A stretch of DNA of 63,999 bases, filler included, from Octopus bimaculoides (Eukaryota): the NCBI RefSeq assembly GCF_001194135.2. It is 7 parts of 6 records of this genome, joined end to end, with 100 filler letters (N's around TTAATTAATTAA, not from the genome) between each part and the next. Parts side by side here need not be neighbours in the genome. Positions count along the whole stretch, not along the records: positions 15,856 to 40,861 come from NC_068981.1; 6 more parts are not named here. The stretch is one strand, 5' to 3'. The notes under the pieces are model-generated. The model did no database searches. It was given only the letters and a program-made list of their open reading frames with translations, and was not told where the DNA came from. Position numbers and translations under genes: made by a program. Position 1 is the stretch's first letter, and the number at the start of each line of letters is the position of its first letter. Below are positions 26,120 to 37,275 of this stretch, piece after piece.

Positions 26120-26600
26120 AAGCTTAAGCAAAGGTGTTATTGGTATAACACTTGAGAGTAAGGGAAAGAGTCGTTGATGTTTTGGACGCTAGACCTTCAT
26201 CAAAAAAGGTAAGAAAGGGAAGAAGGGCATAAAAGGAGAAAGTGTGGTAGAGAAAAAGAAAAAAAGATTCAGAGGAAGTAGAAATGTGGTTCTATGGTGA
26301 GATGTTAGGAAGAGAGGATAAGGCGGGTTGATGTGTGCACGTATAAAAGGTTATCCGTGAATGGAGATTGATATAGAGGAAGATGTGTGTGTGTAGGTTT
26401 GTGGTGTGCGCGTGGTTTCTGGGCTTTGTAGAGGTGTACAAATGTGGGAAATTGTGGTTAGGGATGGGGGTGGTTGGAATGTGAATAGGTGTGAATATAA
26501 TGTGAGATGAGATGAAAAGGAAGATAGCAAAACTACTAAAGAAAACTGTAGTTTGTGAGAAAACTATAAAAGTGTAAAGCATATACATGTGAAAGTGTAG
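26120..26600 (-). mobile_element. possible Penelope-like 3' region (pLTR remnant)
   Basis: CT/C-rich minus strand like 5975-6260, ending in ttgatgaaggtctagcgtccaaaac, which resembles a decayed CTGATGA..GAAAC motif. Confidence 0.35.
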
Positions 26601-26611
26601 CACACACACGG

Positions 26612-26719
26612 AGTTGCACCTCGGTGAGATTCGAACTCAGAACATAAAGAGAAGTGATTAAATGCCACAAACACTGTTTTGTTCATCCTTTTACCGATTC
26701 AGCTAATCTACTACCCTTA
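26612..26719 (-). mobile_element. SINE family A head fragment (diverged)
   Basis: Plus-strand acctcggtgagattcgaactcagaacataaag is the reverse complement of the family A B-box region. Confidence 0.55.
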
Positions 26720-27160
26720 ATATTGAATAAAACATTATAGAAACGTAATCGAATATAAAAATAAGATATGTGTATTTTAAATGGCTAATATATTATTCAA
26801 TAACGTACTGTTAAATATTTGTGAGCCTTTCAATGCCAAACTATGCCATTATAAACATCTTGTAATTTTTTGGGTGTGTGAGTATTTTATGCGTAAGGAA
26901 GTTTGGTGGAACTGACGTGAAGTAATTTTAAGAAAAAATTAATAAAATTATATTTTTTTGTTTTAAAAACAAACAATATTTATTTTATTAAAATATTTAT
27001 TTTAATGATAATAATGTTTAATGATAACTAGATTTTTTTTAATTAACATCATTCGATATTCAAATGAATGTACATGAAAGAATTCATTAAAATAAATATT
27101 TGTAAATTACTGAAATATTTGTTCTGTTCTACTTTTTTTCTTCTTCTTCTTCTTCTTACT

Positions 27161-27231
<71 letters not shown>

Positions 27232-29260
27232 ATTTATGTCTTTTTTAACTTTTTTGTTTAAATAAAATTATCTTGTTGAGTGTTCCAATGATTCCTGGCT
27301 TAGTTTGCGATGAATCAACACAAACATACATGTACACAATCATGCGTGTGGTGAGACATACTTAGAATCTAGTTTATTGATCATCTATTATAATTATTTT
27401 TTTCCCTACAATGCCGACTATCAAACAAAATAATAATAATAATAATTTCCTGTGACTAGGCACAAGGCCAATTTTGTAGTTAATCGATTGAATCGGTTCC
27501 AACATGAGTATACATATATATGCATATATGTACGTGTGTATGTGTCTAAACTTACTCACACATAAATGTGTGTATGTATATATGTATGTACACACACACA
27601 CATATACACACACGTGTGTGTGTGTAGATATGCATACATTTATGCATACATGCACACAGATACCTATATGTAGGTGGGTGGTTTCGTAGTTGTGGTTGTG
27701 GTTGTGAGCGTGTATATGTATGTGTTTGTTCTAAAATGTTTTCATAACATGCAAGTGTGACAAACTGAATCAATTGCTTAATATTTCCAAATCAATGATT
27801 CATTCAGAGATATCCGCCAATGGGTGATCATGATACTGCGGTATTGGCTTCAGGAACATGGTTATCTGTCTTCTAGGAAAAATAAGGACTGGCTTTTCAA
27901 TCCTTACACCAAACATATTGGTGCGACTGAGTTCAACAGTACTCATTTGTTACTTTATGATTCCAATGCTTACAGTCATGAACTAGTGGTATATGTTCAC
28001 AGTAGATTTGTATTCTGAATGTTGTTAATATTATATTACACAAAACACTTTACAGAAACTGCGAAGCGGGAAAAGCAAAGTTGGAGCTGACAACATAATA
28101 GGTAAATTATTTAGATTGATTCATCACAGCCAACTTCCTGAAAAACTTCGAACTCTTGAATAATTTTCTTTCTTTTAATTGTGAAGGGGAATCTTTCCCG
28201 AACTGTTATGGAGGCATTAAACAGCCTATGTAAATTGATACAATATATTTTTGTTTGTTTTTATTTATTGGTAATACCTAACATCCTTTGCCCAGCTCGA
28301 CATCTCATTACTGAAAGTTTTTTTTTACGCATTGCAATGCTTCAAGCAAACTGCAATACTCAGTATTTGTATCTACGTAATGTGTACGCGCTTAACGGCG
28401 ATGGCGTTAACCATTCGATCGTTTTAATACCACCACTTGGTACGCTAAGTGCCTTTTTCAGTGTCCCGTCCGTTATAAGCATTCGGGCCAGGACTCTGGT
28501 TTAAGTATTCTTTCCTTCCTGTTTTTTCAACAGTCTCGGAGACCTGGTAATAGTTATGGACACTGCATTCCTTCCCCTTGTCGTTTTTTAAATTATTGTT
28601 TTCGTAAGACATTCCAAAACGGCAGTGCAAGGTCCATGAGCTTTGAATGGTTTACCAGTTTGTTGTTATGGCTGGGACTGATGTTTAGTGAAGCTGGTTG
28701 TCGAAACAATGTCATATATGTATGGGGAAAATATCAATGTTAGTTAAAGATAAGGATATTTAGTTTCTGGTTAATTTTTCCCTTTATAACTAGAATGTGC
28801 AAAAGCAAGGTTATTGAACAATTTTTCTGCCCTTCTGCAAAGTTAATTAATTAGTCGTTGTAGTTGTTAAGCTTTTGACATTTTTCAATATTAATGTTTT
28901 AGAGTAGGATCCACTTTTAGTCATACTTATTTTGAGCTAATGTAGGCTAACGGTTGATATATCTGACTATGGATATAATTCCAATTAAATATTCACCTCG
29001 CATATTTAACAGAAAGTTACATGTAAGAAGATGTAACATTTTAACATATACTCCCCAAACAGGCATAGCGAGCTATTTGTGAAAAAGCCCGAATAACTCA
29101 AACATACATACACATACACAAACACATACACACACACACACACACACATACATGCATATAAATACATATACACAGATATCTTGAAAGTACATTAACACCA
29201 CTCATAATACCGTGTTTTCCGTGGGCACACTACGTGGTTCTTTGAATTTGTTAGCATATA

Positions 29261-29346
29261 GGCGCAGGCGTAGCTGTGTGGTAACAAGCTTGCTTCCCAG
29301 CCACATGATTCTCGGACCGACCAAAGCCTTGTGAGTAGATTTGGTA
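29261..29346 (+). mobile_element. tRNA-derived SINE, family B, internally deleted
   Basis: Head ggcgcaggcgtagctgtgtggtaacaagcttgcttcccagccacatg is joined directly to ctcggaccgaccaaagccttgtgagtagatttggta. The B-box segment present at 33807 is absent. Confidence 0.75.
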
Positions 29347-29779
29347 TATATATATATAGGAAAAATAGAAGTTGAAAATGAACTGAGAATAGTTAAAATA
29401 TTTTTTACTAAAATATTTGAAGCTTTAACTGGCTTCACAGTTTACACTGATATTCAAAAAGTTCAAATAGAAAGACGTAGCTTATGTCGCAGTTGTCTTG
29501 CTTCTGACTAGTGTTTGAAGTTTGCCCTGTTTTTTTAGGGAGTTCATGGCTCAAATTAATATATGCTTTGAATAGCATTTGATTGGTAGAGGATAGTCAC
29601 ATGACTGGTCGCAGAAATTTTTGTAGGTTCCCCGCTACGTCCGTGTGTTAGTATCAAGTGATAATGCTTGGCATCGTAAGTTAAGGCTAACACGGTTGAC
29701 TGAAGAAGCCCAAACAATTAAAATACTTGACAGAAAACATTCAGAGCATTGATTTTTTGAACTTGTTCAGTCAACCGGT

Positions 29780-29972
29780 ATAGTTACATATCTAGACATG
29801 CTCAAATACTTATTTTACAGATCCAAAGGATTGAATCTGTAGTCTTCGAATCAGCTTTCTCCTTTCTGGTTTTGAGAGTCAAAATGGGTATTTAGGTAGT
29901 GTGTTACATATCCCATTGCCTCAATAATTACAGGTATAAAACTGAACTTGTAATCTGATCTATGTATGTTTG
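29780..29972 (-). mobile_element. RLE-type non-LTR retrotransposon (CRE/NeSL-like) 3' fragment, copy 3
   Basis: Minus translation DYKFSFIPVIIEAMGYVTHYL...RRKLIRRLQIQSFGSVK aligns to copies 1 and 2. Confidence 0.65.
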
Positions 29973-29999
29973 CACTTTCTCTTCCGGTTTTAATAATTT

Positions 30000-30650
30000 G
30001 AAGTCTTCCTGTAAGCAAGGTGTTGGTTTCTAACAAAGATACAAAGGTCCGTCGTTTCAATATGGATATCAAAAACGTTGTCACATTTTGAATTTGGAAA
30101 AGTCTTGCATATTTTTACTCTTCCGTTTACAGATCGTATTTATAGTGTGCATATTAGTTTTTGCAATGCAAACAGTATAATGAAATTCAAAACATGTGTA
30201 TATATACATTTATTAATCTTTTTTGTTGTAGGCACAAGACTGAAATTTTGCGGGAGGGGACTAGTCGATTACATTGACCCCAGTAATCAACTGGTAAGTA
30301 TTTTATCGATCTGGAAAGGATGAAAGGCAAAGTCGACCTCGGTGGAATTTGAGATCAGATCGAGAAGACGGAAGAAATGCTGCTAAGAATTTTGTCCGGC
30401 GATGTACATTTCTTAATAAAAAACGTAATGCGCACACGCACAATTTGTTTCGGTCACTTTCTGAAAACCTTGGTTTTTCCAGATTGTCACAATGGTCATT
30501 ACTAACAAAACCAAGTGCACCAATTATTACTGGTATAAATGTGAACCTATAATTTGTGTATAAACCTGAAGGTTTCGACGCAGCAGTTCATAGTTATCCT
30601 CTTTCTTTTTGGTTTTCGAGGAGATATATAGATCAGTCGGGCAATTCTAT
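30000..30650 (-). mobile_element. RLE-type non-LTR retrotransposon 3' end, copy 2, interrupted by a SINE
   Basis: Minus translation KEDNYELLRRNLQV.YTNYRFTFIPVIIGALGFV...NLEK..FSE, later IRSVNGRVKICKTF. 3' UTR ctttgtatctttgttagaaacca is shared with copy 1. Confidence 0.7.
30217..30410 (-). mobile_element. tRNA-derived SINE, family A
   Basis: Reverse complement aligns to 17873-18085 (tail gtaggcacaag, core gaccccagt, gaaaggcaaagtcgacctcggtggaatttga on the plus strand). Confidence 0.8.
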
Positions 30651-30886
30651 ACGTATGTATGTATGTATGTATGTATGTATGTATGTATGTATGTATGTAT
30701 GTATGCATGCATGTATGCATGTATGTACGTACGTATGTATGTATGTATGTATGTATGTATGTATGTATGTATGCATGCATGTATGCATGTATGTACGTAC
30801 GTATGTATGNNNNNNNNNNATGCATGTATGCATGTATGTACGTACGTATGTATGTATGTATGTATGTATGTATGTATGTATGTATG
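30651..30886. repeat. (TATG)n microsatellite with periodic CATG/CGTA variants
   Basis: Direct reading; contains a 10-N gap. Confidence 0.9.
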
Positions 30887-30899
30887 TCTCTTCTGTATT

Positions 30900-31252
30900 T
30901 AATCATGTAAATTCTTCCTCTGAAGAGGGGAACTGGTTTCTAACAAAGATACAAAGCTCCATCTTTGGAATGTAGATAACGAAGACAGATTGAATTTGTA
31001 ATGTGCGAATCGGTTGATTTCTTTTTCTGAAAATCCAAGCTTATCCAGATTGACAGTTAGGCATTTTCTTACAAAACCAAGTGCTCCAATTACTATTGAT
31101 ATAAATGTAAATTTATATCCGGATATAGAAGCTGGAGGTTTCAAGGCAGTTGTCCATAGTTATCTTCTTTCTCTTTGATTTTCAAAGAGATATTCACATC
31201 AGCAGCACAGCCGACCTCTATGATAGTACATACGTCTTCTTTTCTGTCCCAT
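30900..31252 (-). mobile_element. RLE-type non-LTR retrotransposon 3' end, copy 1
   Basis: Minus translation [77 protein letters not shown]. This is the IEV.CP.D.N...K...Y restriction-like endonuclease end. Flanked by (CATA)n on both sides. Confidence 0.78.
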
Positions 31253-31352
31253 ATGTATGTATGTATGTTTGTATGTATGTATGTATGTATGTATGTATGT
31301 ATGTATGTATGTATGTATGTATGTATGCTGAGTCAGGAAGACGAGTCAGTAC

Positions 31353-31776
31353 CAGGACCGGATTAAGGCCCATAGAGGCACTAAACACTTCAAAGATTTT
31401 GGTGCCCCTATATATATGTAATTTAAAATATAAAAACATAATAAACCATAGAATAAATTTTTATTATTAAAAATGAAACAGAACCAACAGTAAGATAAAA
31501 AATAATATTTATTTTTGTATACTTCCACTTTATTTAAATTTTTAAAATCTTCTCCAACTATTCTTAACTGCAAAGTCTTTGATCAGATCCTTACTATGAC
31601 ACCATGAATACTTCAAAATTATATTTCCAGTCATATAAACCATTTCGAATATTATTTTAGTAAGTTTAAAATTATCTCTTTTATGCCGCAAACCATTTAC
31701 CATTTCTATGGATCGCCCCACTTCCCTTGATTCCATAAACAGATGCTTATTTTGTTTGATGGTTAATCTAGCGCTG
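31353..31776 (-). mobile_element. non-autonomous hAT element (424 bp) with perfect 8-bp TSD
   Basis: TSD GTCAGTAC at 31345-31352 and 31777-31784. Termini CAGGACCGGATTAAG and GTTAATCTAGCGCTG form an imperfect TIR. Minus-strand relic DLIKDFAVKNSWRR resembles a hAT C-terminus. Confidence 0.8.
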
Positions 31777-32357
31777 GTCAGTACCCATAAACACTACAAG
31801 CCTCCCCAGATCCGTGAACTTGATGCTGTTAATTTTTCGTTCAACTTGTGAGCCCCTGTAGCAAAGTTATGAGCTGAGATAAAGTTCCAGAGGGCTGTTG
31901 TTCTGAGCAGAAGGGACTGGGGATATCGGTTAGTGCAGGTTCGGGAATGTTGGACGCAACAAGGGTGACGAGTAGTGAAGAGGCGAGCGGGTGAGGGTGA
32001 TGAGAGGTAGACTTACGAGACCATAACATGTAAGTTTTTAACTTACGTAGGGATATGCTAACGCCAATCATAGATTATCAGATAGAAAACTCTATACGAA
32101 TCGTAGAGTTAAATTATATATTTTATATTATTTCTTATATCATAAACTTAACAATGACTTATAAGTTCCAGCTTGAAGCGGCTTTATTCAAGCAGTTTAA
32201 AGAAGCCGCTTCAAGGCGAAATTTGTAAGTTTATTAATATCTGAATTTTGCAATTTAAAATGTACATGCATATAAACATATATAATTATATGTAAGTAGG
32301 ATGTCTACTCGCACATTTGTGTGTGTGTGCAGTATATTCATATATGTGTATGTATTA

Positions 32358-32443
<86 letters not shown>

Positions 32444-32559
32444 TTATCAAAAAACAAACGACGCGATATAAAATACATTTTGGTTCGCCCGGAGGGACAA
32501 GTTTATCAGGCTCATAAAAGATGTTTATATACAAAATCAAGCTAGAAGGCCAGACACAT

Positions 32560-33420
32560 GAAAGGCTGAAGGATAACTCTATTGGTAGATGCAAAACGGT
32601 GGTTAGACAACCGGATGGTTATCACCATCAATGCCTTCTCAACAGACTCCACCATTTTCCCCCCCATTAGTCCAACCACCCACATCATCTGTTTGCCCAT
32701 CATTAATATAACCACCGCCACCACTGCCGCCACCATCACCGCTGCCGCCGCCACCGCCATCATTATCTTCTTATAACACAATCTTCTATCATCACCATCA
32801 CCTCCATCGCCTCTACCACTTCCACTGTTATAATCATTACCACTTCGTATGAAGCTGTGTACCACTTGTACCATTGTGTTCGACCACTACCCGTTTACCA
32901 CCGCCATCGTCACTAAAATCAACATTCATCTTCAACAACACCACAACTACCACAACCACCCGCACCACCCCTCCACCATCACAACCAGGACCACCACCAC
33001 CACCACCATCTCCATTAATTTCGGCCTGCATCGTCACATGCATCACCGCCATCACCTACATTTTACACTACATGCAACACCACTACACCATCTCGCCTAA
33101 ATTCACTGCCATCTCCTCTAGCACAAACACAACTTATCATGTACTTCATCAGCATCATCATCAACAACAACAACAACAATATCACCATTGCATCATTGCT
33201 ATTCCCTTTAACACAATCATCAATCACAAATCAACTTTATCACCATCATCATGCTCATCATTATCAATATCGTCGTCGTCATCACCGCCATAATATGTCT
33301 TCAAAATCATGTATTTCATAATTCTTATTACCACCACTTTTGGGTTGCCACCAAGAACAGATCTATTACCCATTGCCATGGTCGTCTTCGACATCATCAA
33401 CGGCACAAATCCACACCACT
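32560..33420. repeat. degenerate (CAC/CAT/CAA)n low-complexity tract
   Basis: Mosaic of imperfect trinucleotide runs; the overlapping poly-T/P/H/V ORFs have no domain signal. Confidence 0.75.
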
Positions 33421-33806
33421 CTATAACACCTTTAGTTCTTACGACCAGTAAAATACTAACAAAATAGTATAGCAATGGAAGTAGAAATATAGACAGCAAG
33501 CAAGCTGGGTGCTGGTTGGTGAATTATATTAAACCTATTCAGGAATTAGATGACAAACAGTGAGAATAATTAACATGTTTAACTTTTACATATACTTCGG
33601 CAGTCAAGCACTCTACGTTCAGATTTGGGATAAGATGCCATTGACTAGCAACACTATTATTGATCAAATCCTTTGTCGTGAAACATTAAGTGATAGTTTG
33701 TTTCCTTAAATTAAGTCCATTCTCCAAAAAGATTTTTTTTTCTTTATACCTTGGCTTAACTTAATTTTTCTTTCAAATCGGTTTTAAAAGTCAAAAGGTA
33801 ACAAAA

Positions 33807-33924
33807 GCAGGCATAGCTATGTGGTAAGGAGTTTGCTTCTAAATCATATGGTTTCGAGTTCAGTTCCACTGCGTGATACCCCATAGGCAAGCGTCCTTCT
33901 ACTATAGCCTCGGACCGACCAAAG
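33807..33924 (+). mobile_element. tRNA-derived SINE, family B (head and body)
   Basis: ggcatagctatgtggtaag (A box), gagttcagttcc (B box), cttctactatagcctcggaccgaccaaag. Confidence 0.8.
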
Positions 33925-34086
33925 ATAATGATAACTTATCTGAATTTTGAATATATATATACATAAATACATACATATATATATATATATGCATACATAT
34001 AATATATATACATACATGCATACATACATACATACATATATACAATATATATATATGTGTATATAAAATATGCTTACATATGTGTA

Positions 34087-34143
<57 letters not shown>

Positions 34144-34728
34144 GGGGTGGTAAGAGAGACAAAGAGAAAGAGAGAGAGATTGTATATCCCGATTGTGATC
34201 ATTACAGCTTTAATAGTTATTAAGCCGCCACAATTCTCCATGTACGCCGTCTAAAGGTGTGGATGGACTCGCAAGACCTTTTTGTCTTTGTTTTTTGTTT
34301 TTTTCTTTCTCTTTTCTTTAAGCCCTGATTGCTGTAGCAAGTTTCTTTCTAGCGACAAGTTTTCGGGGAGCTCCAGCCGTTTCACACCGATAAGAACAAG
34401 TCAAGATGGAAGTGAGCTGTTTATCCTGCAGTGGCTGGCCGTACGAGTCGACAACCGTTACTCTTAAGTGTTGTCCTGTCGAATGATAATTTTAAAGGTT
34501 TTCACTTGTATTCTTAGCTCTTATGAAGTCTGTAACAGCATGTTTCATTGTAAAAGGCATTGACCTTTAACGCTCTGAAACATTATATACTTGTATGCCA
34601 TATAAACACACACGCATTCAGACAAACATAAACATGCATATACGAGATGGGTTGATAGAAAAAACTCCAGTGAAGCTTTAAATTCGACGTGATAGGATGA
34701 AATGTTACATTGGATAAATTGGAGAGAT

Positions 34729-36191
34729 TGGTGGGGAGATGATTTTCTCTCGCTCAACAAGTGGTTAGTGTATGATATTCTTTTCTCCAAAAGTCGAAAT
34801 TTCCCTAACTGGACAGAGTTTCTGTTCCCAATGTTTGTTTCTTGCTCAGCTATCCCATAAACACGGGAAACACGGATATTTTGTATACCCGCCTTGTTGG
34901 CCAAGTAAAAAGTCAACCATTTTTGGAATCACACATATGACCCATTTGTTCATCATACTTGAGTAAATCTAATACAACTTTTATGTGGTCATAATTCTCT
35001 TTTAAGTGGACAGAGTGACCAATAGGAAGTGCACCAAACAAGTTTCGATTATGGAGTAATACACATTTTAGACTCTTCTTTGAACTATCTATAAAGACTT
35101 TCCATTCACAAGGATAATGCTGTTCAATACCATCACGTTTAACGTTCTGCCACGTCACAAAAGTAAACAAAATATTTTCTAGTTGTAAATAACGTCAAGA
35201 GATCTTTTTTATCCTATTCCGATAAAAAGTTACGTTTGTTTCTTTCTGCAACAAAGTCTTCACTATAAGCCTAGATGCTAACAGATTTAATCAGTCTTGT
35301 GACGGTTCTAGGTCTCTAACAAAATCATTAAGTTCTGCCAGGTTGAAATTTTCACGTTCTTTGGTTGATGTTTCTACAACGTCTATATCATTGTCATGTT
35401 CGTGATTTATATCTACTTCACATATATCACTTTCACCTTACAGTGAAGGTTGATCCTTGAAAACGGGTACTGGTATTTCATCTGAGTGAAACACTGAATG
35501 AATTGCTGAATTCAGATTTGCGTAACTTATTTTCTGTCACGTTCTGTTACTATAGACACAAGTCTTTGTGAGACAAAAGTAACAATCATTTACATGGTTC
35601 TTTGGCTCCCACCATATGATAGGAATGTCAAATGTTAGTTGTTTCCTTGTGCTCTTTGTCCATTGGCGTAGATTTCCGACACAGGGTTTACATACATTGT
35701 GCGAGGCTCATGATTTATCCTGATCACCAACTTTAATCATAAAGTAAGTCAAGTAGAATCTTTTCACAAAGTCACAAATGTTCATTCTTCTTTGACTTGG
35801 TATTGTAAAGCATATTTATATATCTAGATTTGTCTCAGTAGATGTCTAAACGCATTGATAAAATAAATATTCAGCAGAAATGCTTGACTATGATATCTTT
35901 TGTACATTTGTTGATAGTAAGAAGAGATTAACAATGCAGATTAAGAAGACCGAGCATTCGAGCACACAGTTGTTAGGAAACACACTTCTACACAGGTACA
36001 TATACTAGGCCTACAGAACGTCACAACCTCACTCACTGAACACTCAGCTGACACTGAGACTCTTATTGCTACGAAAATCATACCGAGAAATTTCTGAAAC
36101 ATGGAGCTACAGGTAGGACCAATATGAGCCAACCCACAGAAAAAAAGTTCGACGTGACAGTAAAGAACTATTACCCTTTTTAAACTCAGTG
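34729..36191 (-). mobile_element. Chapaev3-like (CMC superfamily) DNA transposon, 5' half, pseudogene
   Basis: Minus translation KVGDQDKS*ASHNVCKPC...IWWEPKNHVNDCYFC (N-terminal Cys/His domain), WKVFIDSSKKSLKCVLLHN...PIGHSVHLKENY, GQQGGYTKYPCF and LVEREKIISPP, truncated before the expected LHIKLG. Putative terminus 5'-CACTGAG at 36191. DNA-transposon call is firm; the family name rests on recalled motifs. Confidence 0.75.
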
Positions 36192-37157
36192 ATCCCAAAT
36201 TACGCCAAAACAGATCTCAGACTTAGGTCAAAAGAAAAAAGTTAGAATTTGTTGGCTAGTATAATCATCAAGAATATAAAAAGGAGGGTCTTACCTACCA
36301 GTTTCGTTGTAATAATATGCTTTATGCTGCAGTGCGTCTACTAATCTACACCTAAAATCCCGTGCAGGTCGTGTTATGGATAAATATTACATCCAAAGAA
36401 TAAACAAAGCGAAACATCACTGAAAAGTCGTAAGAAATATCAGGTTTGTTTATATCCTCGTTTATTCATTGCAAACGAAAACCTCATATCAAGCGAGAAG
36501 TGACATCCCTCCAATGTAGGCAAACCAATGGTATACTATCTGGTTATATCATTGATAAGAACCAGCTTGAATCGAGGGGAGGAATTCCGTTTGCATTATA
36601 CACTGATAAAGGAGTTAGATTCAAGACAATGATAACACGCAGTCAGATTGAGAAAACATGTAAATACGAGTAGTGTTGAATATAAAACTGATTAATGCCC
36701 TGATGGTTACACACTGTTTATTAAATGAAGTCAGTCGTCATTGCCATTACCAAAGTTTTCTTGACTTCTCAGCGAATGAAATACAAAGTATTTTATATCA
36801 GGAAATGTCGATTATCTTTCGTAACAAGATCCTGTCATGTCATGTAGCTCGTCTTAGCATTGCATCGTTTATTTATTTTTTTTTTTTTTCTTCAAATCAC
36901 CAACATTCCATCTGTCGAATGGCAAGTTTCTTGTATCTGGCGCCCAATTTGCTAATACCGTGACATGCAATGGAGGAAAGTATTTCGTTATACTTTAATA
37001 TTTGAACGAGAACATTGTCACATTCTTTATAGATTCAATAATTTCGGAAGTAATGTATTCATGTTGGGAACGTGTTAAATCGAATATGACAATTCGGTCA
37101 CCGTTGCATGCATGCTTAATGCCAATAGTAGTCCTGTTTTCACGAGTGAATGCGCTT

Positions 37158-37275
<118 letters not shown>

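Noticed and set aside
32542-33499. Cluster of His/Pro/Thr-rich ORFs suggesting a low-complexity protein
   Set aside because: Open on both strands because of degenerate triplet repeats; no splice-bounded frame or homology signal.
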